Source: an uncultured Verrucomicrobiae bacterium (GTDB lineage Bacteria > Verrucomicrobiota > Verrucomicrobiia > Limisphaerales > Palsa-1400). Taken from it: a stretch of 64,000 nucleotides of DNA. Both the position numbers and the translations under genes were made by a program. Below the pieces are notes generated by a model. It worked only from the letters and a program-made list of their open reading frames with translations. It did not search any database and was not told the DNA's origin. This document shows positions 8,301-18,267 of the stretch, one piece after another (positions within the stretch are counted from its first letter, which is position 1; each line of letters opens with the position of its first letter). Location of the stretch: positions 896,001-960,000 of the forward strand of contig CAVXRD010000002.1 in the NCBI GenBank assembly GCA_963764165.1. The letters run 5' to 3'.

Positions 8301-8365
8301 AACGGCTGGATTTGGAACGCCACCTTCGCGCTCATGGCTGTCTTCTTGTCCGCGAGGGCGGGCAA
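8297..8365 (+). pseudogene. hicA: 5' fragment of a HicA-family toxin
   Basis: GTG overlapping the hicB stop reads MKRLDLERHLRAHGCLLVREGG, then diverges exactly where the catalytic His is expected. Confidence 0.7.
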
Positions 8366-8430
8366 CCGACGAAAAGCGCAGAACGAAATATGGATTGCCG
8401 GTCACTTCTGACAGCCTTATATTGCGGAGC

Positions 8431-8652
8431 GTGACTACGTTAGCCAAAATCCAAGCCGCCACAGAAATCTTGCCTCTGAAACAGCAAAAGGAATTGTATC
8501 GTTTCCTGGGCGCACGTCTGCGCCCGGCGCATCGGCGGATTCGGAAAGCGCGCCTCATTCGGAAGGGCGGTGACACGCTTCTCGCGGCCCCGTCCGGCGC
8601 GCCGCCCATGACCGCGGAAAACGTGAAGCGGATGTTGGAAGACTGGCCCTAA
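8431..8652 (+). CDS. Putative VapB-type antitoxin
   Basis: 73 aa from GTG 8431, preceded by TTGCCG-17-TATATT; ends 2 nt before a PIN gene. Confidence 0.7.
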   Translation: MTTLAKIQAATEILPLKQQKELYRFLGARLRPAHRRIRKARLIRKGGDTLLAAPSGAPPMTAENVKRMLEDWP

Positions 8653-8654
8653 GC

Positions 8655-9068
8655 GTGAAGTGGCTTCTGGATGTAAATTTCATCTTGGCATCGCGATGGA
8701 CAACTCATCCCAACCATCGGGCGGCGACGGCTTGGATTAATTCGATAAACGGGTTTTGCACGTGCGCGATTAGTGAGTTGGGATTCGTCCGAATCAGTTT
8801 AAGCAGCGCCTATGGGGCTACGTGGGGCGACGCCCAAGAAAGCCTGAAAAGACTGCACGCGCGTAACGGCCATCAATTCCTTGCGGATGATGTAAAGGGC
8901 ACTGACGCCCCGGAGACTGGTTCAAAGGATACAACCGATGCACATCTCGTAACGCTGGCGAAGCGGCACGGATTGAAGCTGGCAACTTTGGATACTGCCT
9001 TGGCCAGCAAACCATGGGCCGCAGATGTGGCAGAGAATCCATTGGCCCGTTCAGCGCAATCTCCCTGA
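8655..9068 (+). CDS. vapC: VapC PIN-domain ribonuclease toxin
   Basis: WLLDVN...ISELGFVRI...TTDAHLVTLA...LATLD PIN motifs. Confidence 0.9.
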   Translation: MKWLLDVNFILASRWTTHPNHRAATAWINSINGFCTCAISELGFVRISLSSAYGATWGDAQESLKRLHARNGHQFLADDVKGTDAPETGSKDTTDAHLVTLAKRHGLKLATLDTALASKPWAADVAENPLARSAQSP

Positions 9069-9161
9069 TTGCATTTGCCTTCAGAAGGGCGGCCCGCTAA
9101 TTTGACCCGAGTGACCCAACAATTGCTTTGCAAAGAGCAGCCTTCGCATTAACTATTGTTT

Positions 9162-10940
9162 ATGACGGAACACGGTCAGTCGGGTGAGCGCGTTTACAAA
9201 GGGATTCCTGTCTCCGCCGGCATTTGCCAGGGCAAAGCCTTCGTGCTTCACAAAGCTCAGACCCACATCCCTCACTACGCTGTGGCCGAGGCCGACCTTC
9301 CCCATCAGGTCCAGCGCTTTCACGACGCCCTCGTCCTGACCCGCCAGCAAATCCAGGGCGTGCAAAACAAAGTCAGCCAGGCTCTCAACGCCCAGGAAGC
9401 CTCTATTTTCGACGCCCACCTGCTGGTGCTGGATGACCCGACCTTGATCGATTCGGTCACGGAATTAGTGTTTACAAAGCGCATCAACGTCGAAGCCGCG
9501 TTCCATGAATTCACGCAGAAATACACCGCTACCCTTAGCGCCATCGACGATGCCTATTTGCGCGAGCGCGTGGCCGATCTGCGCGATGTGACCTCCCGCG
9601 TGATGAGCAACCTTCTCGGCAACGCCCAGCACCAGGCGCTCGAGGATATCACGGAGCCATGCATTATTCTGGCCGACGACCTAAGCCCGTCCGAGGTCGC
9701 CATTGTGGATCGAAAGGTCGTGCTCGGTTTTGCCACGGACAGCGGCAGCAAGACATCGCACATGTCCATCATGTCGCGCTCGTTGAAGGTCCCGGCGGTG
9801 GTGGGATTGAAGGACACAAGCGTCAAGATAAAATCCGGCCAGCAAATCCTGCTCGATGGGTATAACGGCACGATCGTCGTCAACCCGAGCGACCAGACGC
9901 TTTTCGAATACGGCAAACTCGTTCGCCAGCAGGCGTCCATCGAGGAAAAGCTTCGCTCACTTCAGGATCAGCCGGCCATTACGCTGGATGGGCTTCACAT
10001 TACGCTTTCCGCCAATATCGAGCAGCCTGGCGACGTTGCGGCAGCGCAGGATTGCGGAGCGGAGGGTGTCGGGCTCTTTCGCACCGAGTTTCTGTTTCTG
10101 AACCGCGACAATTTGCCGACGGAAGAGGAGCAATACGAAGCCTACCGAACGGTTGCGGAAGGCTTGAAGCCGGCGGCGGTGATCATTCGCACGCTGGATA
10201 TCGGCGGCGACAAATTCCTTTCGCACCTCCAAATTCCGCTGGAGATGAATCCGTTCTTGGGCTGGCGCGCCATTCGTTTTTGCCTTGAGGAAAAAGACGT
10301 CTTCCGCGCCCAGCTTCGCGCGATCCTTCGCGCCAGCGCGTTCGGGAATGTCAAAATCATGTATCCGATGATCTCGCATCATTCGGAAATCGATAAGGCG
10401 AACGAACTGCTCGAAGCTTACAAAAAGGAACTCGAAGCCGAGAATATTCCATTCGACAAAAACATCGAAGTTGGCGCGATGATCGAGATTCCGTCCGCGG
10501 CGGTAACGGCGGACATGCTGGCCAAGCGCGTGAAATTTTTCAGCCTGGGCACAAACGACCTCATTCAATACACGCTGGCGGTGGATCGCTTGAACGAGCG
10601 CATCGCGCATCTATACGAGCCGACGCATCCGGCGGTGTTGCGCTTGATCAAATGGACGGCCGAAGCGGCGCAGAAAAATGGATTGTGGTGCGGTGTCTGC
10701 GGCGAAATGGCAGGCGATCCCTACATGACGCCGCTTCTGCTCGGCTTGGGCGTGCGAGAATTGAGCATGTCCCCGCCATCGCTGCCGCGCGTGAAATTTT
10801 TGATTCGCCGCCTGAAAATGGAGGATGCGACAGAATTAGCCAACTTCGCCTTGAGCTGCGAATCAGGGTGTGCGATTTTGGAACGATCTATCGCATTGGC
10901 GCGCCGGACCGCGCCGAGTTTATTCGAGAATGAGACATAA
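9162..10940 (+). CDS. ptsI: Phosphoenolpyruvate-protein phosphotransferase (PTS enzyme I)
   Basis: GSKTSH phospho-His motif; GLFRTEF, RTLDIGGDK, EMNPFLGWRAIR, FSLGTNDL, CGEMAGD. Confidence 0.95.
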   Translation: MTEHGQSGERVYKGIPVSAGICQGKAFVLHKAQTHIPHYAVAEADLPHQVQRFHDALVLTRQQIQGVQNKVSQALNAQEASIFDAHLLVLDDPTLIDSVTELVFTKRINVEAAFHEFTQKYTATLSAIDDAYLRERVADLRDVTSRVMSNLLGNAQHQALEDITEPCIILADDLSPSEVAIVDRKVVLGFATDSGSKTSHMSIMSRSLKVPAVVGLKDTSVKIKSGQQILLDGYNGTIVVNPSDQTLFEYGKLVRQQASIEEKLRSLQDQPAITLDGLHITLSANIEQPGDVAAAQDCGAEGVGLFRTEFLFLNRDNLPTEEEQYEAYRTVAEGLKPAAVIIRTLDIGGDKFLSHLQIPLEMNPFLGWRAIRFCLEEKDVFRAQLRAILRASAFGNVKIMYPMISHHSEIDKANELLEAYKKELEAENIPFDKNIEVGAMIEIPSAAVTADMLAKRVKFFSLGTNDLIQYTLAVDRLNERIAHLYEPTHPAVLRLIKWTAEAAQKNGLWCGVCGEMAGDPYMTPLLLGLGVRELSMSPPSLPRVKFLIRRLKMEDATELANFALSCESGCAILERSIALARRTAPSLFENET

Positions 10941-10945
10941 TTGAT

Positions 10946-11698
10946 ATGAAGGTACTGATTTTGGCCGCCGGCTACGCAACCCGGCTTTACCCCCTGACAC
11001 TGAACCAACCGAAACCGCTCTTGCCCGTCGCGGGGAAGCCACTGATCGACCATGTTCTTGACAACATTGCACCCATCGGAGTGGATCACGTTTATGTGGT
11101 CACGAACGAGAAATTCGCCGGCCACTTCCAGAAGTGGGCGGACAATTACCGCGCCACCAAGCACAAGCTCGATTTCACGATCGTCAACGATAAATCCACC
11201 GACGACACGAACAAGCTCGGCGCCATCGGCGACCTGCACCTCGTGTTGACCAAGGAAAAGGTGGACGATGATTTGATCGTCGTTGCCGGTGATAACTTGT
11301 TCAGCGAGACCCTCGAAAAATTCGGAGAAGTCTGCCGCAGCAAAAACGCCCCCGTGCTGGCCGTTTACGACGTCGGCAATTTGGAAGAGATTAAGAAATA
11401 CAACTCCATTTCCGTTGACGAATCCGGCAAAATCACGTTCTTCGAGGAAAAACCCAAACAGCCGACGAGCACGCTCACCGGCATTGCGCTTTATTACTAT
11501 CCGAAATCGACCCTGCCCCTGATCCATCAATACATGGCCGAAAAGAACAACCCGGACCAACCGGGCCGCCTTGTCCAATGGCTTTACACCCGCACCCCCG
11601 TGTACACGTGGAACGTGCCGGGAATCTGGTTCGACATCGGCGCGAAAGAAAGCCTGGAAGAAGCCGACCGCGTATTTTCGAAAAAGAATGTGGCTTGA
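10946..11698 (+). CDS. Sugar-phosphate nucleotidyltransferase (NTP_transferase family)
   Basis: LILAAGYATRLYPLT..PKPLLPVAG, FEEKP, WFDIG. Confidence 0.9.
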   Translation: MKVLILAAGYATRLYPLTLNQPKPLLPVAGKPLIDHVLDNIAPIGVDHVYVVTNEKFAGHFQKWADNYRATKHKLDFTIVNDKSTDDTNKLGAIGDLHLVLTKEKVDDDLIVVAGDNLFSETLEKFGEVCRSKNAPVLAVYDVGNLEEIKKYNSISVDESGKITFFEEKPKQPTSTLTGIALYYYPKSTLPLIHQYMAEKNNPDQPGRLVQWLYTRTPVYTWNVPGIWFDIGAKESLEEADRVFSKKNVA

Positions 11699-11725
11699 CC
11701 TTTCGAAAGGTAGGGACGCCTCGCC

Positions 11726-13408
11726 GAGACTGTCTCAAAACGTTTTAGTCTGGCCGATCTGGTTATATGGGCACCAATAGGGGCTGTGGAAACGGGTGTC
11801 AACTTTTAGTTGTCAGAGCGTGGCTGGCGTCAGCGATGACGCCAAGCTTCCCTTTCCCTCCTTTTTTAGGCCGCCATCGCCAAATTTCCTTCAACCGCGG
11901 CGGTTTTGACTTCCATTTTCGGCGTCTGGACCCGGGCCTGCCACTTTTTATAGAGGATTCGCAGGTTCAAGGTGGCGCATAACAAGGCCCATTGGGCTTG
12001 CACGGCTTCCAGACCCCAAACTGTCCAACGCCGAAAGCCGTCGTGTTGCTTGAGCTGCCCAAACCGGCGTTCGATGATCTCTTTGCGCTTTCCATAAAGC
12101 GCGGCGGGTCCTGGCTCTTGCAGCCGGGCCCGCATGGCTTGCACCAGCGTGGTGTGCGGCCACACTTCGACTTGCCGCCCTTTGGGATCGCGGCTGCAGA
12201 GGGCGCGCACGGGACAGTCTCGGTGATGGCAGCGGAAGCGCTCAACGGTCTGGCCTTTCTTGGTGGTCTGGCCTTCGTGGTCCAGAAGGCGCTCTTGCGG
12301 GCAGGTGACGGTGTGGGCCGCCTCGTCATAATGAAAATGCTGCGTCGCGTAGGCGTTGTCGTGGGCTGGCTTGCCCTCCGCCGGCGGGGCCAGCACATTC
12401 ATCTGCTGTTCCACGGCCGCTTTCAAGTCGGCCCCGCCCCCATAGCCGGCGTCGGCGGCGGTGAGGGTTGGAATGGCCGCCGGACCGAGGTTTTGCCTCG
12501 CTTCTTCAATCATGGGGACCAGCTGGCCGGCGTCGGTTTCCTGGCGGGTGGCTTGACAGGCGACCATGATGCCCTCCTGGCTGTCGGCCACCGCCTGGGC
12601 GTTGTAGGCAAAGCGGTTGGTGTCGCCGACTTTCATCCGGCGCGCCTCCGGTTCGGCTGGATGGTAATGGTGGCGCCCGTCGGCCTGCAGCTGGGCCAGG
12701 CCTTTTTTGATTTCCTCGCGCAGGGCCTGGCGCTGGGCCAACCCGGCGGGCAGCCGGCAGCCCGGTGCGCTGGAATCCTGGTTCTCCGCCACGACTTTGA
12801 GCTCGATTTCCTCCAAGGCGCCATCCAGCTGGGCCAGGAGCTTCTCCATGTAAACCTTGCTCCAGCCCTGCGGCCCGCTGCAGGCGGCTTGAATCTTGGT
12901 GCCGTCCAACGCTTGCAAGGCAAATCCCACCGCCCCGGTGCGGAGGGCCAGCTGCACGGTTTGCTTGAAAACCTGGCGCAGGGCCTTTTTGTTTCCGTCC
13001 CAGAACCGCCAGAGGCTGTTGTGGTCGGGGGCGTTGAGCCCCGTCAGCCACAGCAGCAAGACATGCTCCGTGCAGGCGGTTTCCAGCTTGCGGGTGGAGC
13101 GAATGCGGTGGAAATAACCGTAAAGCCAAATCTTGAGCAGGAGGCTGGGGGCATAGGGCGGACGGCCTTCGGCGGCGGCGGGAATGACAAACCCAAGCTG
13201 GGGCAGATCCAACTGGTCGACAAATTCGCGCAGGAAGCGGGCGGGATGGTCGGCGGACACCCAGTCCTCCAGGGCGGGCGGGAGGAGGAACTGCTGTCCG
13301 TAATCAGGGGCAATCGGTTGAGCCATATTTGTTGAACGGCATTGTCAACTAAAGGCTCACATATTGTCAAATACATTCCTCAAAAAACAGAAGTTTTAAG
13401 ACAATCTC
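11726..13408 (-). mobile_element. Complete IS1182-family insertion sequence
   Basis: Terminal inverted repeats GAGACTGTCTCAAAAC (11726-11741) and GTTTTAAGACAATCTC (13393-13408) match at 14/16. 4-bp direct repeat CGCC at 11722-11725 and 13409-13412. Confidence 0.9.
11866..13326 (-). CDS. IS1182-family DDE transposase
   Basis: LLPPALEDWV..DHPARF, GRPPYAP.LLLKIWLYGY, PDHNSLWRF, LDGTKI, ADAGY, IERRFGQLK. Confidence 0.92.
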   Translation of the reverse strand: MAQPIAPDYGQQFLLPPALEDWVSADHPARFLREFVDQLDLPQLGFVIPAAAEGRPPYAPSLLLKIWLYGYFHRIRSTRKLETACTEHVLLLWLTGLNAPDHNSLWRFWDGNKKALRQVFKQTVQLALRTGAVGFALQALDGTKIQAACSGPQGWSKVYMEKLLAQLDGALEEIELKVVAENQDSSAPGCRLPAGLAQRQALREEIKKGLAQLQADGRHHYHPAEPEARRMKVGDTNRFAYNAQAVADSQEGIMVACQATRQETDAGQLVPMIEEARQNLGPAAIPTLTAADAGYGGGADLKAAVEQQMNVLAPPAEGKPAHDNAYATQHFHYDEAAHTVTCPQERLLDHEGQTTKKGQTVERFRCHHRDCPVRALCSRDPKGRQVEVWPHTTLVQAMRARLQEPGPAALYGKRKEIIERRFGQLKQHDGFRRWTVWGLEAVQAQWALLCATLNLRILYKKWQARVQTPKMEVKTAAVEGNLAMAA

Positions 13409-13560
13409 CGCCCAGGCGTCCGGAGACGGGAAGGTTTGTGGGCGCATAATTTCGCGCCGAGATCTGGCAAACCGAAGACTTTTCGTGCGGAGCTATTTGA
13501 GAAATAGATCGCACTCTGGATTGTCATGGCATCGGACGCCTCAGCGAGGCGTCCCTGCCT

Positions 13561-14445
13561 TCAAATGGCCTTCGGCGTGTGCCGGCCCTTGAATGTCAAT
13601 TCAGCCACGCCAGATTTATCCAATTCGCCCAGACCTTCGGCGATCATTTTGTCGAATTGCTTTTTTGTGGCGGCGGCCAGCGGGAGATTCAGCCCCAGCT
13701 CTTTCGCCAATCGGAGCGCGATGCCCGAATCTTTGGCGGCGTGCGCGGCGGAAAAAAAACAGCAATGCTCGCGGTTCTGCATGTCTTCGCCGTCGGTCTG
13801 CAAGACACGCGAGTTGGCGCCGGTTTGCGAAAACACCTCGCGCAAGAGCGTCAGATCCAAACCGAGCGCCGCGCCCAATCCAAGACCTTCCGCCAACCCA
13901 GCCGTGTTAATGTTCATCACCATGTTGACGAGCGCCTTGACCTGCGCGGCCTTGCCCGCCGCGCCGATGTACCGAGTGGAATTGGACAATTTCTCGAGAA
14001 TGGGCTTGGCGCGATTGAAGGCGGCCGCCGTTCCGCCGCACATCAAATAGAGCGTGCCTTCACGAGCCTGCGTTATGCTTGACGCCATGCACGCCTCCAA
14101 AACTTCCGCCCCGGTCTTATCGGCTTTTTGCTGCACCCAGGCGTGGATGTCCGGCGACACGGTGGCGCAATTGATGAACAACTTGCCCCGGCTGCGATTC
14201 AACAAACCACCGAGATAAATTCCCTTCATCGCCTTGTCGTCCGTCACGACAGTGATGATGACGTCCGACAATTGTGTGATGCTTTTCAAATCCGACGCCG
14301 CCTCGCAGCTCAATTCAAGAGCAAGGGCTTTCGCCGCTTCCGGGTTAATGTCATAAACGGCGGAGACAGTGAACCCCTGTTCTTTGAGGCGGCGCGCCAT
14401 GTTGGCGCCCATCCGGCCCACTCCGACAAATCCGATCTTTTCCAT
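13561..14445 (-). CDS. NAD(P)-dependent beta-hydroxyacid dehydrogenase (3-hydroxyisobutyrate/6PGDH-like family)
   Basis: KIGFVGVGRMGANMARRL Rossmann motif; VKALVN catalytic Lys; KD..IAL. Confidence 0.88.
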   Translation of the reverse strand: MEKIGFVGVGRMGANMARRLKEQGFTVSAVYDINPEAAKALALELSCEAASDLKSITQLSDVIITVVTDDKAMKGIYLGGLLNRSRGKLFINCATVSPDIHAWVQQKADKTGAEVLEACMASSITQAREGTLYLMCGGTAAAFNRAKPILEKLSNSTRYIGAAGKAAQVKALVNMVMNINTAGLAEGLGLGAALGLDLTLLREVFSQTGANSRVLQTDGEDMQNREHCCFFSAAHAAKDSGIALRLAKELGLNLPLAAATKKQFDKMIAEGLGELDKSGVAELTFKGRHTPKAI

Positions 14446-14454
14446 AAATTTATT

Positions 14455-15207
14455 CTACTTCACCAGCCGCTTCGCCTTCCAAATCCACCAGCGATCCCGT
14501 TTGCGCTGGAAGCCCGGGGCGTGGCGGTCGTCGCTGATGGTTGCTCGAAATTCCGCCTGCGCCAAATCATTTTGTCCTGTGGCCAGATAGAGTTCGCCAA
14601 GTTGAACGCGGGCGCGAGCGTAGTTGTGATCCTTCAATACTTGCTGCCAGACACCAATCGCGCCTTCCTTGTCGCCCAAAGCGCCGAGCGCCTCGGCATA
14701 CGCCATCAGCGAATAACCGTAATCGTGCTTGGGATTTTCCGTGCAGACGTTGTAAAGCAGCGGACACGCTTCCTGCGCTCTTTTCTGCCGCAGCAAGCAT
14801 TGGCCTAGGTGCGCGCGGGCATCGATGTCCTGCGGATCGCGTTCCAATGAAGCGCGATAGCACGACTCGGCTTTCGTCATCTTGCCCTTGCGGAAATAGA
14901 TGTCACCCAGCTCGAAATAATGGTGGGGTTTGTCGAGATTATGAATCAACGCTTCAAGCTCCTTGATGCGCACGCGGCTGCCGGCGCCGGGAAGTTCAAA
15001 GGCCCCCACCGACGAGGGCGTGCCTCGATAAACGTAGAAAAAATACCAGATTGCGCCGATTCCGGGAGGGATGAAAATGACCAGCGCCCATAAATATTCA
15101 CCGCGGCGAATGGCATCGACGATCATCCAAAGCTGGAACGCGAATACCAAAAGCATCCACGGCTTTTCGCGCACCAAGCCTATATAATACTCCGGATTAA
15201 AACCCAT
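14455..15207 (-). CDS. Membrane-anchored tetratricopeptide-repeat protein
   Basis: Two N-terminal hydrophobic segments followed by TPR-like helices (YFELGDIYFRKGK..KAESCYRASLERDP). Confidence 0.8.
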   Translation of the reverse strand: MGFNPEYYIGLVREKPWMLLVFAFQLWMIVDAIRRGEYLWALVIFIPPGIGAIWYFFYVYRGTPSSVGAFELPGAGSRVRIKELEALIHNLDKPHHYFELGDIYFRKGKMTKAESCYRASLERDPQDIDARAHLGQCLLRQKRAQEACPLLYNVCTENPKHDYGYSLMAYAEALGALGDKEGAIGVWQQVLKDHNYARARVQLGELYLATGQNDLAQAEFRATISDDRHAPGFQRKRDRWWIWKAKRLVK

Positions 15208-15253
15208 TCGCGCCGAATGCTCCACTAACGGACAGCGAGAGGTCAAATGCAAA

Positions 15254-16495
15254 TCATATAACGGGCGATAGCTTCTGCGCCATGGCTTTGCCCGCGATCC
15301 CCCCTGTCGTCCAAGCCGCTTGGAAATTGAATCCGCCGGTGATGCCGTCGATATCCAGCAATTCTCCACCGAAATAAACGCCCGGGCAAACGCGGCTCTC
15401 CATCGTCTTGAAATTGACTTGGTTCAAGCTGACACCTCCGCACGTCACGAATTCATCCTGGTTCAATGTTTTGCCGGAGATATTTAGCTGGGTGTTTGCC
15501 AGTTGCTGGACGAGTTGATGGCGCGCCGAGCGTGAAAGATCCGCCCAGCGAGTCTCGCGATTCAAGCCGGACGCCAGCACCAGCCGCTCCCATAATCGCG
15601 CCGTCAGCGGGGCCACCGGCACGTTCACGACGAATCGCGCGGGATGAGCGGCGCGGCGGGCCTCTAAATGTTCCGCAATGCGTTCGTGATTCAATTTCGG
15701 GAGCCAGTTGATGTGCAGCGGAAACTGGTAATTGAGCTTGTGCAGCTCGCGCGCGCCCCAGGCAGAGAGCTTTAGAATCGCGGGCCCGCTCACTCCTGCG
15801 TGTGTGATTAATATCGGGCCGCTCTCGCGCAATCCAGCGGCGGGAATGCTCGCTTCCACGGGATCAATCGAGATGCCTGACAATTCCCGCAGCCAATCCT
15901 CTTTTGCGTGGAACGTGAAAAGCGAGGGCACCGGAGCTTCGAGCGCGTGTCCGAGCGACACAGCCAACTGTCCCGCTGCCGCCGACCGGCAGCCGCCAGT
16001 GGCGAGCATCAATTGCCCGCATGAAATCGTCTTTCCCCCAGCGAGCGTCAACGCGAACTTAGCGCCGTCCCGCGCCACCCTTTCAACACCGCTGTTCGCC
16101 AGCATTTCAACTCCCGCCGCGCGAGCCGATTGAGCAAGGCAGTCGATAATCGTTTGCGAAGAATCGGTGATGGGAAACATGCGCCCGTCCTCTTCGGTTT
16201 TCAGCCGAACGCCGCGCCCCTCGAACCACGCCACGGTGTCGCGCGGTTGAAAGGTGTGAAACGGCCCGCGCAGCGCCGATCCGCCGCGCGGATAACGGCG
16301 GCTCAATTCGCGCGGATCAAAACAGGCATGGGTGACATTGCAGCGCCCGCCGCCGGAGATGCGGACCTTGGCGAGGAAATGCGAACTTTTTTCGAGGACG
16401 GTAATACGCGCGCCGGGAGCGGCCTCAGCGCAGATAATAGCGGCAAACATCCCAGCCGCGCCGCCTCCCACAATCACAACATCACGTTCGCTCAT
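15254..16495 (-). CDS. HI0933/BaiN-family flavoprotein
   Basis: IVGGGAAG, KVRISGGGRCNVT, GRMFP, ITHAGVSGPA, VTCGGV, GITGGFNFQAAW. Confidence 0.92.
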   Translation of the reverse strand: MSERDVVIVGGGAAGMFAAIICAEAAPGARITVLEKSSHFLAKVRISGGGRCNVTHACFDPRELSRRYPRGGSALRGPFHTFQPRDTVAWFEGRGVRLKTEEDGRMFPITDSSQTIIDCLAQSARAAGVEMLANSGVERVARDGAKFALTLAGGKTISCGQLMLATGGCRSAAAGQLAVSLGHALEAPVPSLFTFHAKEDWLRELSGISIDPVEASIPAAGLRESGPILITHAGVSGPAILKLSAWGARELHKLNYQFPLHINWLPKLNHERIAEHLEARRAAHPARFVVNVPVAPLTARLWERLVLASGLNRETRWADLSRSARHQLVQQLANTQLNISGKTLNQDEFVTCGGVSLNQVNFKTMESRVCPGVYFGGELLDIDGITGGFNFQAAWTTGGIAGKAMAQKLSPVI

Positions 16496-16555
16496 TCGCG
16501 AGAACGCTACCGCATCGCAGGCCCAAAACGAAGCCGCTTTGACAGAATAAGCATG

Positions 16556-16665
16556 GTAGGGCGAGGCTCTGCCGAGCCGTCCCATTATTCCCATGCCTCG
16601 CATGAAACTGGGAGTTATGGGACTAATGGGAGTAATGGGAAGGCTCGGCGGGAGCCTCGCCCTAC
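16556..16665. repeat. GTAG-type inverted REP pair enclosing short TAATGGGA-type repeats
   Basis: GTAGGGCGAGGCTCTGCCGAGCC ... GGCTCGGCGGGAGCCTCGCCCTAC. Confidence 0.8.
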
Positions 16666-16675
16666 CGAGCTTCAA

Positions 16676-16906
16676 TTAAGGCCGCTTGCGAAAATACGCA
16701 AACAGCGCGGCCAATCCGCCAACCAGCGCCACCGCCCGGAGCACCCGCATGAGCGCGAGCACCCAGGCGAGGCCGATTCCGAGCGCAGCCCACTTCACCC
16801 ACCATTCGCCGTGATAAGTCATCGCGTTCACGATGAGCAGAAAAACCAAAATGACCGGGCCTTTGATCAGGAACCTTGCCGAGCGGAATGTTCTGCAAAA
16901 GAGCAT
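16676..16906 (-). CDS. Small membrane protein (2TM-like)
   Basis: 76 aa with hydrophobic helices around WWVKWAALGIG. Confidence 0.6.
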   Translation of the reverse strand: MLFCRTFRSARFLIKGPVILVFLLIVNAMTYHGEWWVKWAALGIGLAWVLALMRVLRAVALVGGLAALFAYFRKRP

Positions 16907-16934
16907 AATTTTGCCTTTCCGTATGAGTTGGTTG

Positions 16935-17891
16935 TTATCGTTGGTTTACAAGCGGTAGCAGGTCGCTGACGTTGACCTGCCGGGACTGTTGCAAAATGTC
17001 GCCGGAATACCGGCTTTGAAGGGATCGGCCGTTCGCGAGCATTTGCGAGAAGGCATCTTTTAGCTGACTGGTAGTGAGCGTGCGGCCGCTCGCATAATAC
17101 CGCCGCGCCACTTCGCCGAGCGCATAGGTGGAGGCAAACGCCATCGCAGACCCAGTCGCTTCGCCGATCAATCCGCCAATCAAGCCGCCCGCCAAATGGT
17201 GGGCAAATCCTCCTATGAGCTGGCGCGTGAAGCCTTCCAAAACCTGCGAGCTTAAACCGACGCCGACCGTCGCCAGAAAATCCTTCACGTGGCCGCCGTC
17301 CAATTCAAATCCGTACTCCTTGCCAATTCGATACACCAGTCGCATCTGCAACGGGACAATCGCCATCGTGGCCAGCGTGTGCGGCATGATCTCCAGCGCG
17401 CCGTTCAATATCGCAGCGTTCAAAATCATCTTGTCGATCTCCGTTTCACGATTCGCATTCACGCCCGCGCTGGCAGCGGGAGGAGCCCCGATCGGCGGCG
17501 CCGCTCCAAGGGATTCGGCAGTTTGCTGATGAACGGAAGTGGAGGCGCTGTCAAGGCGAAGGGCTTGATGCAAATCCGCGAGAAATTTCTTTTCGGCGTC
17601 CGTGGCGACTCCATCGGCGTCGCAAACGCACACGGCCATTTCGTAGGCCAGCGCCCGGCCTTGCAGCGATTGGATTTGACTCGCGGCCGCGGCCAGCGTG
17701 AGGTTGCCGCTGAGGACGTTTTGATAGACTGGCGCGGGGTCGAGCGCTTCGCCAGAGAATCCCTTGGCGATTTGCAGGATGCGGGCGCGTTCACTTTCCA
17801 CCTGCACGCCATCCGCAAACGCCGCCAAAATACAGACAGCGAGAACCGCCCGGCGTTCCTGCTGATCAATCGGAGAAATTGTATTTGTCAT
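16935..17891 (-). CDS. TerB-like domain fused to a DUF697/YcjF-like domain
   Basis: AAFADG...ER and CVCDADG...EKKFL TerB motifs; PLQMRLVYRIGKEYG and ASTYALG DUF697-like motifs. Confidence 0.75.
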   Translation of the reverse strand: MTNTISPIDQQERRAVLAVCILAAFADGVQVESERARILQIAKGFSGEALDPAPVYQNVLSGNLTLAAAASQIQSLQGRALAYEMAVCVCDADGVATDAEKKFLADLHQALRLDSASTSVHQQTAESLGAAPPIGAPPAASAGVNANRETEIDKMILNAAILNGALEIMPHTLATMAIVPLQMRLVYRIGKEYGFELDGGHVKDFLATVGVGLSSQVLEGFTRQLIGGFAHHLAGGLIGGLIGEATGSAMAFASTYALGEVARRYYASGRTLTTSQLKDAFSQMLANGRSLQSRYSGDILQQSRQVNVSDLLPLVNQR

Positions 17892-18028
17892 GGGCAGACT
17901 ATGATGCAATCCAAGTTTGTCATCTATTCCAAAGGGAAGGGAGTTTTGTAATGTGCCAAAGGATCCAAAAGGCGGCGGCTGGCTGAAACAAAATTGCATT
18001 CTGGACCGGGTGAGGGAAATTCCTGACA

Positions 18029-18259
18029 ATGGAAGTTCTGTATATGAAGAAAAAGGGCCAGGTGACCATTCCCAGCGCGGTGCAAGCGCGGCGGAACCTC
18101 GGTTACAAGTCCACCTTGGTGTTTTTGGAAAGCGCCAGTGGCGACATGATTTTGCGTCCGTCGAAGGCCAACCCGGAGCTTGATCTTGTGGATCATCTGC
18201 GCCGTTTCAAAATGCTGGAAATTCCGGAACGCCAGCACCAGGCGCCCCCGCGCACATGA
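18029..18259 (+). CDS. AbrB/MazE/SpoVT-family DNA-binding protein (orphan antitoxin)
   Basis: KKGQVTIPSAV...NLG....LVF....GDMILRP. Confidence 0.75.
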   Translation: MEVLYMKKKGQVTIPSAVQARRNLGYKSTLVFLESASGDMILRPSKANPELDLVDHLRRFKMLEIPERQHQAPPRT

Positions 18260-18267
18260 ATTTCGGC

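Larger units (their letters stand above)
11710..13559. repeat. GTAG-type REP pair, with the left REP split by the IS
   Basis: Removing the IS restores GTAG-GGACGCCT-CGCCC-AGGCGTCC. The inverted partner GGACGCCTCAGCGAGGCGTCCCTGCC is at 13534-13559. Confidence 0.8.

Noticed and set aside
11992..13335. 447-aa ORF opposite the transposase (likewise 24877..26427, 36081..37292, 42418..44055, 53447..55186)
   Set aside because: Stop-free antisense frames are expected opposite GC-rich genes, and none has recognisable motifs.
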